IMG/VR virus record: IMGVR_UViG_3300044617_001003
Span: 1 to 56,310 of that record
DNA length: 56,310 bases
Source: a virus
Taxonomy: Duplodnaviria > Caudoviricetes
Strand: one strand, 5' to 3'
Shown here: positions 24,421 to 34,059 of the stretch, one piece after another
Layout: each line of letters opens with the position of its first letter
How positions within the stretch are numbered: position 1 is the first letter of the stretch
Made by a program: the position numbers and the translations under genes
The notes under the pieces: generated by a model
What the model saw: the letters and a program-made list of their open reading frames with translations, nothing else
Databases searched by the model: none
What the model was told of the DNA's origin: nothing

Positions 24421-27398
24421 CAGACGTTCCTACTAAGGGCGGTCTGGAACGCCTGCATGGCGTTGTAGTAGGCGGCGGCTTGCGAAGCAGTCATAGCACT
24501 ACCGATGGAATATGCGCCAAGCCTCCCACCGTAATGAGAGGTCGCGGAGTCGCTTCGATTCAGGGCATACACATAGAAGTTTCTTGATGAAAGAGTCTGC
24601 GCGGTCTGCGTGTTTGACGCCTCAAGAGTTCCGTTTCTGTAGAGTTGACCAGCGGTGTCGGGCGAGTTGACGCCAATCCAGTGGGCGCCCGTAGACACGG
24701 ACGTAACGGTTATATTTGCACTGAAAGCGCCGTAGCCGAACTGTATGGTGCTGCCGATTCCACCGTACTCTAGGGTAAACCTCTGCGAACCGGCCTCATC
24801 TGTGCCTAAAAAGGTCTGAAACGTACCGCCGCTGCGAACAGTCTCATAGGCAGACAGATGCCTGTCTCCAGCGCTCAACACATTCGACGCCAGCCCCGTG
24901 TTGAGGTATCGCGCGCCGCCTCCCGCAAGGCCTCCATTGGGGCCGAGTTCGCTGTAGTCCCCGCTGACGAACAGCACGCCAACATTGCTGTCGGTGGCGT
25001 TGCCATACTGCGCCCCGCTACGCGACTGCCCGCGATACAGCGGGACGAGGCAGGCATTGAGCCCGCCGCCGCAGAAAAGATTCAGCCGATAGAAGCGGTC
25101 GCGGATGCTGACTCCGCTTACGCCAAAGTCAATGGCATCGCAGAACGTATTCACCGCGCTCGCCGTGCTGGCACTCACCGTGCCGCCGTTGGCGTAGACG
25201 CGGTTGATCCAATCCTGTGCGTCTGCGTTGGAGACGATAGGGGCCAGAGTGATGCCCCACTTGGAGGCGAGGTAGCGTTCGACGCGAGCAATCTGCGCAT
25301 CCGTTAGGTCGGATTGGTAGACGAGCAACTCCGCTATCTGGCCGTTCCAAAACTGGTCGTTCGCGCTATTCCTAAACCTACAGCCAACTCTATTGGCACC
25401 ACCCGCGTCCTGCACGGCCACAGTGAACGGCAGGCCGCTGCCGTTGACTCGGCCTACGAGCCCGCCGCCGCCAGAAGACTGCGATGACGTAAGCAGGAAG
25501 GATGCGCCAAGTACGTCGATTTTGTCTGCGGTGAACGACGAGCGTGAGGAGTTGTGTGTCAGCCCAATCATCTGCGACGCGCCGGACTGTATGAACTGCG
25601 CGTGAATGTATGATGCACCGTCGCTGAAGGCGTATGGAGTTCTCGCTGCGGTCGTCGTTCCAGAGTTGTGCCGCACAACGCTGAAAACAGTGGCCGGTGT
25701 GGTGTCAAGTGCCGCTATGTCAAGACGGTCGTCAGAACCGTCGAAGCCCAGTGTTCGCCGCCCGTTCAGCGTAGTGGTGCTGACGGTCGGCCTATTCGCC
25801 CCCGTCGCCTGAGCGTGCCTCGCGTTCCCGCTCTTGTCGCCCCAGTACCCCACCGGAGGCGTGGGGTCAGGGACGTTGGCGATGCCCCATTTGTTCGCGA
25901 GGTACTTCTCCACGCGGGCGCGGTCAGTCGCGGAGAGGGCGGTGTTGTAGACGACGATCTCGGCGATGTCGCCGTTGTAGGAGTTGACAGTCGAAGCCTC
26001 AGACCCAACTGAAGCAAGCCCGGAGCCAGCGTTGGCTGGGTCGCCAGAACTACCGGCCGCCCCATTGCCGAACAAGGCAATGGATACATCGCTTGCGATA
26101 ACCCCTGCGGCGACGTTGAAAGACGTTGAGGATGCTCCTGTGGAGAAGTTTCCACTCCACCAACGCACCTCAGATGTGCCCGCGAACGCGCTTCTGTCCG
26201 CGCCGTAACTAAAGATGCGTTGCCCGCCAGTTGGCGATACAGCGCGAGACACAATGAAGAAGGTCTGCTGCGACGAGTCTGCCAGCGTTGTCGCGAGGTG
26301 GTCGCCTGATCCATCAAACCGCACAACGCTTCTGCCGTTCTGCACTTCTACCTGAAGCGACGGTCTGTTGCCGGAAGTTGATTGAACGCCGTGTCGCCCG
26401 TTTCCGCTCTTGTCCTGCCACCTAGCCACCGCACCGCCCGCTGCGACCTGCGAGCCGCCGCTTGTTGCGTCGAACATTGAAGTCGCGTCGTCGCCATCCA
26501 GCCACAGCGCACACCCGGCCAGTTCTGTGGGGCTACTGACAGGAGCGATCTCGTCGCGAGCGGCGCGGTGGACGCCGCTGATGCCCCACTTGGCGGCGAG
26601 GTAGGCTTCGACGCGGGCGCGGTCGGCGGTGGAGAGGGCGGTTGGGTAGAGGATTATTTCGGCAATGTCGCAAGTGTTGAATCCCGTTCCACCCTGTGCG
26701 GCAACACCAACACCGAGACGAGTGACTGCCGTAGAGAGCGTGGCGGCGGCCGATGCGACTGACATCCCGCCTGCCGAGTTTGTAACGAGATTCGACGACA
26801 GCACCCCTGCGAACACGCCGTATGACGCGAAGCCAGTGACGCCACTTGCGTTCGTTCCTTGCGTTCCAGCAAACGCGGACAGGGCTCCGGCGTTGGATAC
26901 GCACGGAATGACGCTACCAGACGCGAAATCGTTGCCTGCGCCAGCCGTGCTAAACACTCGTCCATTTGTAGACGCGCCAGAGATTCGGCACACCACAAAC
27001 ACGCTGTATGCGTTGGTGCTGATGCTGGCTGTCAGGTTCCCGGTTAGCCCCTGCGACCCGCCAAACGTCAATACGCTCCGGCTATTCAAAGCGTTGCCTG
27101 TCAGCGTTGGGCGAAGCCCCCCGCTCGCCGTCACGTTGTTTCCGTTTCCGCTCTTATCCCTCCACGTTTCGACAAGCGAACCCGAGAGCGTCATGCTCGC
27201 CGCCGACGAGTCTGCGCCATCCAGCCACAGCACACACCCACTAATATCCAGCGGCGAACTCACCGCCGTCACCGGCCCGGCATCGGTGGTGTAGAGCGAC
27301 GAGGCATCCGCGCCGTCCAGCCACAGGGCGAGGCCGCTGATCTGGCGGGGGTTGAAGCCGCTGCTCGCCGGACGGAGGGTGCGTGGGGAGAGGGGCAT
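24420..27398 (-). CDS. tail fibre / receptor-binding protein with repeated LamG/ConA-like domains
   Basis: Three LWLDG.D ... W.DKSGN ... IAE ... VE.YLA.KWGI units plus a C-terminal beta domain. Confidence 0.8.
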   Translation of the reverse strand: MPLSPRTLRPASSGFNPRQISGLALWLDGADASSLYTTDAGPVTAVSSPLDISGCVLWLDGADSSAASMTLSGSLVETWRDKSGNGNNVTASGGLRPTLTGNALNSRSVLTFGGSQGLTGNLTASISTNAYSVFVVCRISGASTNGRVFSTAGAGNDFASGSVIPCVSNAGALSAFAGTQGTNASGVTGFASYGVFAGVLSSNLVTNSAGGMSVASAAATLSTAVTRLGVGVAAQGGTGFNTCDIAEIILYPTALSTADRARVEAYLAAKWGISGVHRAARDEIAPVSSPTELAGCALWLDGDDATSMFDATSGGSQVAAGGAVARWQDKSGNGRHGVQSTSGNRPSLQVEVQNGRSVVRFDGSGDHLATTLADSSQQTFFIVSRAVSPTGGQRIFSYGADRSAFAGTSEVRWWSGNFSTGASSTSFNVAAGVIASDVSIALFGNGAAGSSGDPANAGSGLASVGSEASTVNSYNGDIAEIVVYNTALSATDRARVEKYLANKWGIANVPDPTPPVGYWGDKSGNARHAQATGANRPTVSTTTLNGRRTLGFDGSDDRLDIAALDTTPATVFSVVRHNSGTTTAARTPYAFSDGASYIHAQFIQSGASQMIGLTHNSSRSSFTADKIDVLGASFLLTSSQSSGGGGLVGRVNGSGLPFTVAVQDAGGANRVGCRFRNSANDQFWNGQIAELLVYQSDLTDAQIARVERYLASKWGITLAPIVSNADAQDWINRVYANGGTVSASTASAVNTFCDAIDFGVSGVSIRDRFYRLNLFCGGGLNACLVPLYRGQSRSGAQYGNATDSNVGVLFVSGDYSELGPNGGLAGGGARYLNTGLASNVLSAGDRHLSAYETVRSGGTFQTFLGTDEAGSQRFTLEYGGIGSTIQFGYGAFSANITVTSVSTGAHWIGVNSPDTAGQLYRNGTLEASNTQTAQTLSSRNFYVYALNRSDSATSHYGGRLGAYSIGSAMTASQAAAYYNAMQAFQTALSRNV

Positions 27399-27406
27399 GG
27401 TTCGGC

Positions 27407-27652
27407 CTAGTTCTCCGGCTTTGCGTGGCTCTTGGGCTGAAGGGCGTACAGGAGCCTCGTCTGCTCGCTGACCGCCTCGGCGATCTCTTTCTGACTGTCG
27501 GCGATCGTCTTCAGGAACGTCGCGTGCTGGTCGACAAGAGGCACCAAAACGTCCTGACGCAAAACGTAAAATGCCGCCAGCGCCACGAGGGTCGGAAAAC
27601 CCCACCTCTCGATGATCGTCTTGAGCGTCTCGCTCACCTCTGCGCCACTCAT
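27407..27652 (-). CDS. holin-like single-TM protein
   Basis: IERWGFPTLVALAAFYVL TM segment followed by a coiled coil. Confidence 0.55.
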   Translation of the reverse strand: MSGAEVSETLKTIIERWGFPTLVALAAFYVLRQDVLVPLVDQHATFLKTIADSQKEIAEAVSEQTRLLYALQPKSHAKPEN

Positions 27653-27655
27653 CGG

Positions 27656-28012
27656 TCAGGTCTTCATCGTCACGATGCACACCGCCGCCGTCGCGGCAGC
27701 CTGACCGGCGACAAGCCGGATCGCCCCCGCGCCGTAGCAGGCATCCGGCAGGGCGTAGACCCTCGCCTCCGTCGCGGACGGGGCCAGGGTGATGTCGGCC
27801 GCCGACCCGCTGGCGTCGTACAACCGGCCGAACGTGCCGACCGTGGCGTCGGAGGCCCAGACCTGAATGCTGGTGGCGGCCGTCGAGACGGTGCCCATCT
27901 CCAGCGTCCCGCCGGCAACGTCGTCCCAGCGGAGGGTAGTGGCGGCGGCTACGGCCGTCGAGAGCGTGACGCCGATCGCCTTGAACTTACGTCGAATCTT
28001 CGGCTCAGACAT
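27656..28012 (-). CDS. hypothetical virion-associated beta protein
   Basis: AAGGAGG RBS; Ala/Thr-rich. Confidence 0.7.
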   Translation of the reverse strand: MSEPKIRRKFKAIGVTLSTAVAAATTLRWDDVAGGTLEMGTVSTAATSIQVWASDATVGTFGRLYDASGSAADITLAPSATEARVYALPDACYGAGAIRLVAGQAAATAAVCIVTMKT

Positions 28013-28060
28013 ATCGCACCTCCTTGTGCGTTGCGGGCCTCGCGGGCCACTCGTGGCGTG

Positions 28061-28606
28061 TCACCCTCTCATTGTAGCACTGAGTAGCCTATCGTAAGCG
28101 GCATCCACGGCAGCCGCGAGGTCGCCCATGCTCCCGGAGTTCACGATCTCTGCAGAGACATACTTGCCGGCCACGCCGGCCTCGCTGGCGTGCCGAGACG
28201 CGTCGCCAATCTCGGCCGCCCGGCCCGTGATCCGCCATACTTCGCCCCCGCGAGCCAGGATCGCCTCGGCCTCGTTGTTGAATCGAACGTCTGTAACCAC
28301 GGCATCGGCCGCGCCCTCGATCCGCCGCAGCGTCGCCATGATCCAGATTTCCGGATGAATCATGTCCCGGCCCCACTCTGTCCCCAGGGACTGCAGCAGG
28401 CGCCGGGGGGAGTAACTGATCCAGCCGAGCGTGTTTTCTTTCCGGCTCCGGTCTTTCAACTCGTCGATCGTCAGGCCCGTAATGGCCGAGACGGCCTCGT
28501 ACAGCGGATCGGCGAAGGCGAACTTCGCAAAGCCGTGCCTCGTGGCCAGGATTTCCGCCGCACTGTCTTTTCCGGCCCCGGCGGCCCCGCACAGACCAAT
28601 CAGCAT
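28061..28606 (-). CDS. deoxynucleoside monophosphate kinase
   Basis: IGLCGAAGAGKD, FADPL, PRRLLQSLGTEWGR, DVRF.NE, HASE. Confidence 0.92.
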   Translation of the reverse strand: MLIGLCGAAGAGKDSAAEILATRHGFAKFAFADPLYEAVSAITGLTIDELKDRSRKENTLGWISYSPRRLLQSLGTEWGRDMIHPEIWIMATLRRIEGAADAVVTDVRFNNEAEAILARGGEVWRITGRAAEIGDASRHASEAGVAGKYVSAEIVNSGSMGDLAAAVDAAYDRLLSATMRG

Positions 28607-28608
28607 GA

Positions 28609-29085
28609 CTACAACTCCAGAACCCTGCCGTCGAACAGAATGGGCACGCCCAGGCGGCCGGCGAGCCAGCGAATGCTGACGCCGCCGTCCCGCAGGATTG
28701 CCTCGCCGTCTCTAATCAGTGGCCGCCACCGCTCCGGCGTCGCGTCGACCGTGACCACGCTGCCGACGACTTCCCGGATCCCGCAGGCTACGATCGCCCG
28801 AGCGCAGTCCGGGCAGGCGAACCACGGGCAGTAGAGCCTCGCGCCCAGCGTCCTGTGGCCGTCGCGAGCGGCGGCGTAGATCGCGCCCCTTTCGGCGTGT
28901 TCGATGACCTTGTATTTCTCGGGCCTGTCGTGCCTGATCGGAGAGCCGGGCGAAAACCTGTTCGCCGCCATGACCAGAACATCGCCATTACGGACGAGGA
29001 CTGCCCCGTTCTGCGTACTCTTGTCCTGGGAGTACGAGACGCCGTAGACCGCCGCGAGCCGCAGGAACTCAAGGTCGCTGATCAT
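28609..29085 (-). CDS. dCMP deaminase
   Basis: S.D..TQNGAV, HAE..AI, CPDCARAI...GI. Confidence 0.9.
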   Translation of the reverse strand: MISDLEFLRLAAVYGVSYSQDKSTQNGAVLVRNGDVLVMAANRFSPGSPIRHDRPEKYKVIEHAERGAIYAAARDGHRTLGARLYCPWFACPDCARAIVACGIREVVGSVVTVDATPERWRPLIRDGEAILRDGGVSIRWLAGRLGVPILFDGRVLEL

Positions 29086-30089
29086 GACACGAACACCGGG
29101 AGGACTTTTGTGACCCTGTCGTGGTCGTGATCGACGATGATCAACGACTGCGATGGCGGCTGGTATTCCGCCTTGATTCTGTCGGCGAACGCGTTGTGGC
29201 CGATCAGGCTCCCGTTGGCCACGAAGCGATACGGGAGCCACGAAAAGCAGTGCCAGTGGCCGAATACGTCGAGTGACACTCGCCTGGAGATATTCCAGTT
29301 CGCGATGGCTTTGTTGGCCGGAATGGTCAGCCCGCCGACGCCGCCGCCAAACCGGATCGCGTGACCGTGGTGAAACCTGACCAGAAAGCCGTCGAGATCG
29401 ACGACATTGAGATACCCCTTGCCGACCTGCCACTGAACGTGCTTGCGTTTCTCGGACGCCGCCATCGTCAGGTAGAGGTGCTGCTCGAACGAATGCTCGT
29501 TCTCGGTGGCGATGCGGGGCTTGTGTGTCGTTCTGCCGTGATTTCCGCTGGCCGTCGGCACCAACACCGGCGCGATTTCGGCCATGGCGTCGATGACGCC
29601 GCCCAGCCGCTCGCCGGCCCACCGCGTTGCAGCCAGCGGCGCCAGTTGCGTCGTCTCGACGAGGTCGTCGTGGATGTGGCCAGTGATGAAGTCCCCGAGG
29701 GCGGCGACTACGATCCGTCGGATGTTGGTCAGAGACTTCTCGTGCTCAATGAGCATCGACGCCCGCTGCACGAGTTGCTGGATCCGGCGCTCGGCGATTT
29801 CGAGGGAGTAGTCGTTCCCCGGGACGTTCGTCGCCGGGTCGACTCGTTCCTCAACGTGCCAATCGGAGCAGACGAGAATGGCCGTGGCGTCGGGCCGGCC
29901 GCCTCCGGACTTGGCCCTGCCGATTTTCTTGGGCCGCACGCCAGCCAGCGCCGTCAGGCTTTCGTGGGCCTGCTTCTCGCGTTCGAGTTGCCCGAGGGCC
30001 GCCTCGTATTTCTTGCGGAGGGCCGACAGTTCGCCGCGCAGTCGCGAGGCTTCTGCGTCCGCCGCAACCGCGATGACTCGATCTTTCAT
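29082..30089 (-). CDS. calcineurin-like metallophosphoesterase
   Basis: SDWH, GDFI, GNHG, HHGH, GHWH. Confidence 0.88.
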   Translation of the reverse strand: MKDRVIAVAADAEASRLRGELSALRKKYEAALGQLEREKQAHESLTALAGVRPKKIGRAKSGGGRPDATAILVCSDWHVEERVDPATNVPGNDYSLEIAERRIQQLVQRASMLIEHEKSLTNIRRIVVAALGDFITGHIHDDLVETTQLAPLAATRWAGERLGGVIDAMAEIAPVLVPTASGNHGRTTHKPRIATENEHSFEQHLYLTMAASEKRKHVQWQVGKGYLNVVDLDGFLVRFHHGHAIRFGGGVGGLTIPANKAIANWNISRRVSLDVFGHWHCFSWLPYRFVANGSLIGHNAFADRIKAEYQPPSQSLIIVDHDHDRVTKVLPVFVS

Positions 30090-30334
30090 TTTCCGGATAT
30101 CCACAGGCGAAGGGTGTCCAGGCCGCATGGCTTGATGCCCCGGCTGGACTGCAGGTCGGCGAGGATGGCGCGAGACAGCGACATCGCGGTCACGCCCGTT
30201 CCGCCGGCCTGAAACTCTGCCCGGATCTCGACGAGGTCATTTCGGACCTCTTCCGGCAGGGTGTCAAACCATGTCTGCCTGCGCTGCCCCGCCCTTGCCG
30301 CATCGAAGACGCGATCACGAAGGCGGCTTGCGAT
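30086..30334 (-). CDS. hypothetical protein (start codon unclear)
   Basis: Plausible protein ASRLRDRVF...WFDTLPEE...LRLWI with no in-frame ATG near the expected start. Confidence 0.5.
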   Translation of the reverse strand: MASRLRDRVFDAARAGQRRQTWFDTLPEEVRNDLVEIRAEFQAGGTGVTAMSLSRAILADLQSSRGIKPCGLDTLRLWISGK

Positions 30335-30605
30335 AGCCGAGCGACCAGAGGACGCGGGCGATGTCCCTGGCGGCCTCGGTGATGGTTTCTTCCGACATCT
30401 GGGGGAAGCAGGCGTGGAGGCACTCATGAATAATGGTCTCCAGAAGAGCGCGGCCCTTGAGCCGCTCGTCGACAAGAATCTTCCGCTCAGTCAGCGGATT
30501 CTTGGGGTCGGGCCAGTTCGCCCAGCCGGCCGCAGCGCCACGCAGCCGCGTGAACCGCAGGAGCCACTTGACTCCGGCCAACGTGAAGTGGTGGTCGGTC
30601 GGCAT
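30315..30605 (-). CDS. HExxH metallopeptidase-like protein
   Basis: LETIIHECLHA. Confidence 0.75.
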   Translation of the reverse strand: MPTDHHFTLAGVKWLLRFTRLRGAAAGWANWPDPKNPLTERKILVDERLKGRALLETIIHECLHACFPQMSEETITEAARDIARVLWSLGYRKPPS

Positions 30606-30611
30606 CTGTAT

Positions 30612-30640
30612 AGTGTCGCTGCGTAGCGTCTGTGGGTCAA
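30612..30640 (-). promoter_or_regulatory. putative sigma70 promoter
   Basis: TTGACC-N17-GACACT in the intergenic gap. Confidence 0.55.
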
Positions 30641-31875
30641 GGCAGTTTGCGCGTCCACCAAGTTTGATCTACGCCAAGTTCGACGCGGCCTCCGAACGCC
30701 TCATCGACAGCCCGCTTGACCCCCCACTTGCCGCGCCGCTCCATCGGGTGATCGTAGTCGTGGCCCCCGATCCAGCCCCCCGGCCGAACCTTCGGCAGCC
30801 ACGCCGCGATGTCTGCGGCAACGGCCTCGTAGGTGTGTTCGGCGTCGATGTAGCAGAGGTCAAGGGAGCCATCTTGGACAGCGCTGGCGCCAGCAATGCT
30901 GTCACAGTCCAAGATTCTGGGAGAGTACGGCGCCGTGAGCCCAGCCGCCCTGCCCTTGACGACCGCCCACTGGGCCTCCGTCAGCGAGGCGGCCAAGTCG
31001 CCGCTGTCCCGGTATCGGTCGCCCGCGACAGACCACTGATCGACGAGCGTGGCCTTCGACTGCGGGCGGCGTGACAGCACGCCGAGGGCGTTGTACCCGT
31101 CAGCGACGCCGACCTCGGCCCACGATGACCCGTCTGCGAGCCGCTGCGCGATTTCGTCGCACGGCGACTTCTGCCACCGCGTTCGCTGAATCCGCGCCCG
31201 GCGCCTGGTCGGCCCGGTGAAGTGGTAGATGAAACCGTTCATCACTCCCGTGTTGTGTTCCGGCCGGTGGGCCTGTGCGGCTGCGACCACGTTCCATTCG
31301 TGGGGGAGCCAAGTCACTTTTGCGTCGGTGTTGTCGATGAGGACAGATAGGGACGCCTGCTCCGGCAGTCTCCATTTCGTCCACCCCGCAGACTCGCCGA
31401 CTCCCCGGAGGTGCCGAAACAGTTGCTCGTGATGCCGGGGCGAGTAGAGAAACAGCCCGCCGTTGAGATGCTTGCTGTCGTGGCAGGGCTCCATTCCCAT
31501 CCGCGCCGCCCAGACGCGGACGCACTTGTCTCGGTGCCTGCTGATGATCGACGCGGCGCTCTCTGCGCGGTCAAACTCCGGTGGGTCGAACTGCCGTGCG
31601 GAAACGACGCCGATGTGGTCTTCTGGCACGAGGTCAAACGGGCTGGGCGCATCCCACCGGATCAGCATATCGGCGTCCAGTTGGATCACGCGGTCGTAGT
31701 CGGCCAGCCTGAGAGGCGCGAACGCCTTCTGCCAGAAGTGATGGATGTCGCGGAGCGGCTCGGTGAACTCGACGAAGTCGCACCCCCACCTGTCGCACGC
31801 CGCCAGAAACGACTCGCGGCTTTTCTGGTGGATGCAGCCGCCTCCGACATTCAAGACAGCCAAGGCCAGTTTCAT
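30637..31875 (-). CDS. GT8-like glycosyltransferase fused to class I SAM methyltransferase
   Basis: QLDADM, NGG, EQ..L, WN, HFTG; C-terminal AEVGV..G, YIDAEHTYE, KVRPGGWIGGHDY. Confidence 0.85.
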   Translation of the reverse strand: MKLALAVLNVGGGCIHQKSRESFLAACDRWGCDFVEFTEPLRDIHHFWQKAFAPLRLADYDRVIQLDADMLIRWDAPSPFDLVPEDHIGVVSARQFDPPEFDRAESAASIISRHRDKCVRVWAARMGMEPCHDSKHLNGGLFLYSPRHHEQLFRHLRGVGESAGWTKWRLPEQASLSVLIDNTDAKVTWLPHEWNVVAAAQAHRPEHNTGVMNGFIYHFTGPTRRRARIQRTRWQKSPCDEIAQRLADGSSWAEVGVADGYNALGVLSRRPQSKATLVDQWSVAGDRYRDSGDLAASLTEAQWAVVKGRAAGLTAPYSPRILDCDSIAGASAVQDGSLDLCYIDAEHTYEAVAADIAAWLPKVRPGGWIGGHDYDHPMERRGKWGVKRAVDEAFGGRVELGVDQTWWTRKLP

Positions 31876-33146
31876 GCCCCACCTCTGACAACGTGAGAAA
31901 TCGCCGCAGCCTTCTGATCGTCGCTGGGCGATATGCCGAGGAAGTCGACCATGCTCTCGACCGCCTGCGCCGGGTCGGCCAGAAGTGCGTCGTGGCGAAC
32001 GTCAAGAACCGCTTCGGCCGGGAGCGACGCAAGGAACTTCTCCTTCTCCTCCCAGAGCCACCGCTGGACGGCCTCGCACTGCTCGTCCGTCGCGGCCAGC
32101 CACCCGCGAGACTTGGCGCTGCGTCGCTTCAGCGAATCAATGGAATCTGCCAGCGGCCTGTCGCAGTGAATCACCTTCAGGCCGTCGCCGCAGATCGAAA
32201 CCAAGTGGTCGCCCGCCGCGCACAGGTGCGGATACTTTCCGCCCACCAGCCCGCTGCCTCCTCGGCTGGCGATCCACCGAGAGAGCCGCTGGCCGAACTC
32301 GCCCTGGTCTGCGACGCCCACGGTCGGGAACCTCGCCGCTCGCTCGCATAGCCGCGCCAGACCGACGGCCTCGCCGCCGCCGCCGTTGCGGGCCTCGTAT
32401 CCGCCTAGTTTGTCGCCCATGTTGACGCCGAGTTTGTGCAGCATCATTGCAATGCAACTCGACCCGCTTCGGTGCAGCCCAACGACCGCCACGAACGGCC
32501 GCGAACTGGACTTTCGGTGCCACCACCGCTCAGGCACCTCCTTCCACGAAACGTCGCTCTTGCCGTCAGCGGCCTGACCGCAGAGCCACTCCTCCGGTGC
32601 GTAGCACGGGATGAGTTTCGCCTTGTGCATTCGGCCGTAGTGATGGTCGATATGGTTTCGGTCTACCCAGTGATCGCAGGCGTTGAGCCACTGGTAGGCC
32701 TCTCGCATCGCTGCGGCCCCACGCAACGCATAGGCGTGCGTGCGGTTGATGTTCTTTGCCTGCACCACGCCCGCCGCGATCCGCTCTGCTCGCTTCAGAT
32801 GCTGGCCGCCGAGATACGCCTGCCCCCAATCCTGCGGAACCGCGCGGAAGAATCCGTCGGCCTTGTCCGAGAAGCCATCGCAGAAAGTGGCGTCGTCCTC
32901 GAAGATCAAGACGGACTCGACGCCGTCGTTGAGGCACTGCTCGATGATGCTCAGGTGGCTTCTGTAGCACCCCCAGGCGCCGCCGCCCTGCTTCCACCAC
33001 GCCGGGTGCGGGGCGAGTTTTCCGTCCACGGCCGGGAAGACCTCGATCTCGCCCAGGCGGAAGTCGACAGGGACTCGCGACAAGAATGCTTCGAGCCTTT
33101 CGGGCCGCCGCTTGAGCGACACGACGCAGACGCGGCCGAACTTCAT
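31872..33146 (-). CDS. GT25-like glycosyltransferase fused to sulfotransferase domain
   Basis: VSLKRRPER, AVDG, GC..SH, IFEDDA, THAY; C-terminal VVGLHRSGSS PAPS-binding loop and LLADP......DFLG. Confidence 0.85.
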   Translation of the reverse strand: MKFGRVCVVSLKRRPERLEAFLSRVPVDFRLGEIEVFPAVDGKLAPHPAWWKQGGGAWGCYRSHLSIIEQCLNDGVESVLIFEDDATFCDGFSDKADGFFRAVPQDWGQAYLGGQHLKRAERIAAGVVQAKNINRTHAYALRGAAAMREAYQWLNACDHWVDRNHIDHHYGRMHKAKLIPCYAPEEWLCGQAADGKSDVSWKEVPERWWHRKSSSRPFVAVVGLHRSGSSCIAMMLHKLGVNMGDKLGGYEARNGGGGEAVGLARLCERAARFPTVGVADQGEFGQRLSRWIASRGGSGLVGGKYPHLCAAGDHLVSICGDGLKVIHCDRPLADSIDSLKRRSAKSRGWLAATDEQCEAVQRWLWEEKEKFLASLPAEAVLDVRHDALLADPAQAVESMVDFLGISPSDDQKAAAISHVVRGGA

Positions 33147-33535
33147 TGTGCGCCCCACTTTCCGACCGGGCACGACTGATCGGCCCACGACAGTTTGCTC
33201 AGGAACTTCTTCTCTCGGACGATCGGGCAGCCGCACTTCTTGCAGGCACTGCCGTCGAAGAACTCGCACCCTCGGCAGATGGCGTACCGCCGCTCCACCT
33301 CAGACTCGGTCGCCATCGGGGCTCCGGCGGCAACGTGCTTCGAGGCCGCCGAAACGAAGTTGATAGCCTTGCGAAGCAGCGTCGGCCCTGGCTTCGGGCG
33401 CGGGTAGTCCTTGTGCGACTCGTCCACCGTGATTGTGTCGCCGTCCTCGCTGACGATGCACGCGCGCACCTCGTCAAGCGTGTATCCGCGCTCGCTGCAT
33501 CGCTTCTCAAACGATGATCGGCGGCCTGTGATCAC
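33143..33535 (-). CDS. Cys-rich (probable metal-binding) protein
   Basis: R..IC..CE......C..CGC.....K......CP..KW. Confidence 0.75.
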   Translation of the reverse strand: MITGRRSSFEKRCSERGYTLDEVRACIVSEDGDTITVDESHKDYPRPKPGPTLLRKAINFVSAASKHVAAGAPMATESEVERRYAICRGCEFFDGSACKKCGCPIVREKKFLSKLSWADQSCPVGKWGAQ

Positions 33536-34059
33536 GGGAACTCGTTGCAGTCGACTGTTGGGACGAGGTAGTCTTGATCGGGGTCGTTGGGGCATGGAAT
33601 CCCGCCACACGCAGCGGACTCACCGCCCACTGGGTCGCCGCCAAAGATTTGGTATTGCTCGAATGGTCCGTTTGTCGTCGCCGTGTCTGTGATGTCAGTC
33701 AGTTCGCCGTCCTCGCATTTGTAAAGTATGAACTTTTCCCATTGCGACGAGACGTAACTGTAGAAGCCGGGAAATCCAAGCGACGCAGACGCTACAAGGC
33801 AGGAGTTTGTGGCGCGCCACCAGAACCAATCGCAGTTGCCGAGTGCCTCTGGGTAACCTTCGGCGTACTGGACGCCGGTAGGGCCACCGCTTCCGGCAAC
33901 GAGCGCGGTCTTCGCATACCCTTGGTAGATGACGACTGCGGTTCCTTCTGGCGTACACGGCTCTTTGGAGTCTTCGATCAGAGACTGCGATATCTCGCAG
34001 TTCGCGCAGGAGCATCCTCCGCAGCATTCGCACGCGCCGATATTCGATGTCTGCGGCAT
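33532..34059 (-). CDS. Cys-rich tail-associated hypothetical protein
   Basis: CECCGGCSCANC N-terminus; coupled to neighbouring genes. Confidence 0.7.
   Translation of the reverse strand: MPQTSNIGACECCGGCSCANCEISQSLIEDSKEPCTPEGTAVVIYQGYAKTALVAGSGGPTGVQYAEGYPEALGNCDWFWWRATNSCLVASASLGFPGFYSYVSSQWEKFILYKCEDGELTDITDTATTNGPFEQYQIFGGDPVGGESAACGGIPCPNDPDQDYLVPTVDCNEFP

Noticed and set aside
24420-27398. Diversity-generating retroelement acting on the tail fibre repeats
   Set aside because: There is no reverse transcriptase, and the repeats are short coding domain ends rather than an A-specific TR/VR pair.
28061-30089. Hypermodified-base pathway suggested by dNMP kinase, dCMP deaminase and phosphoesterase
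   Set aside because: No thymidylate-synthase-like hydroxymethylase, PurZ, queuosine-type genes or dedicated polymerase are seen. Ordinary nucleotide supply explains the cluster.
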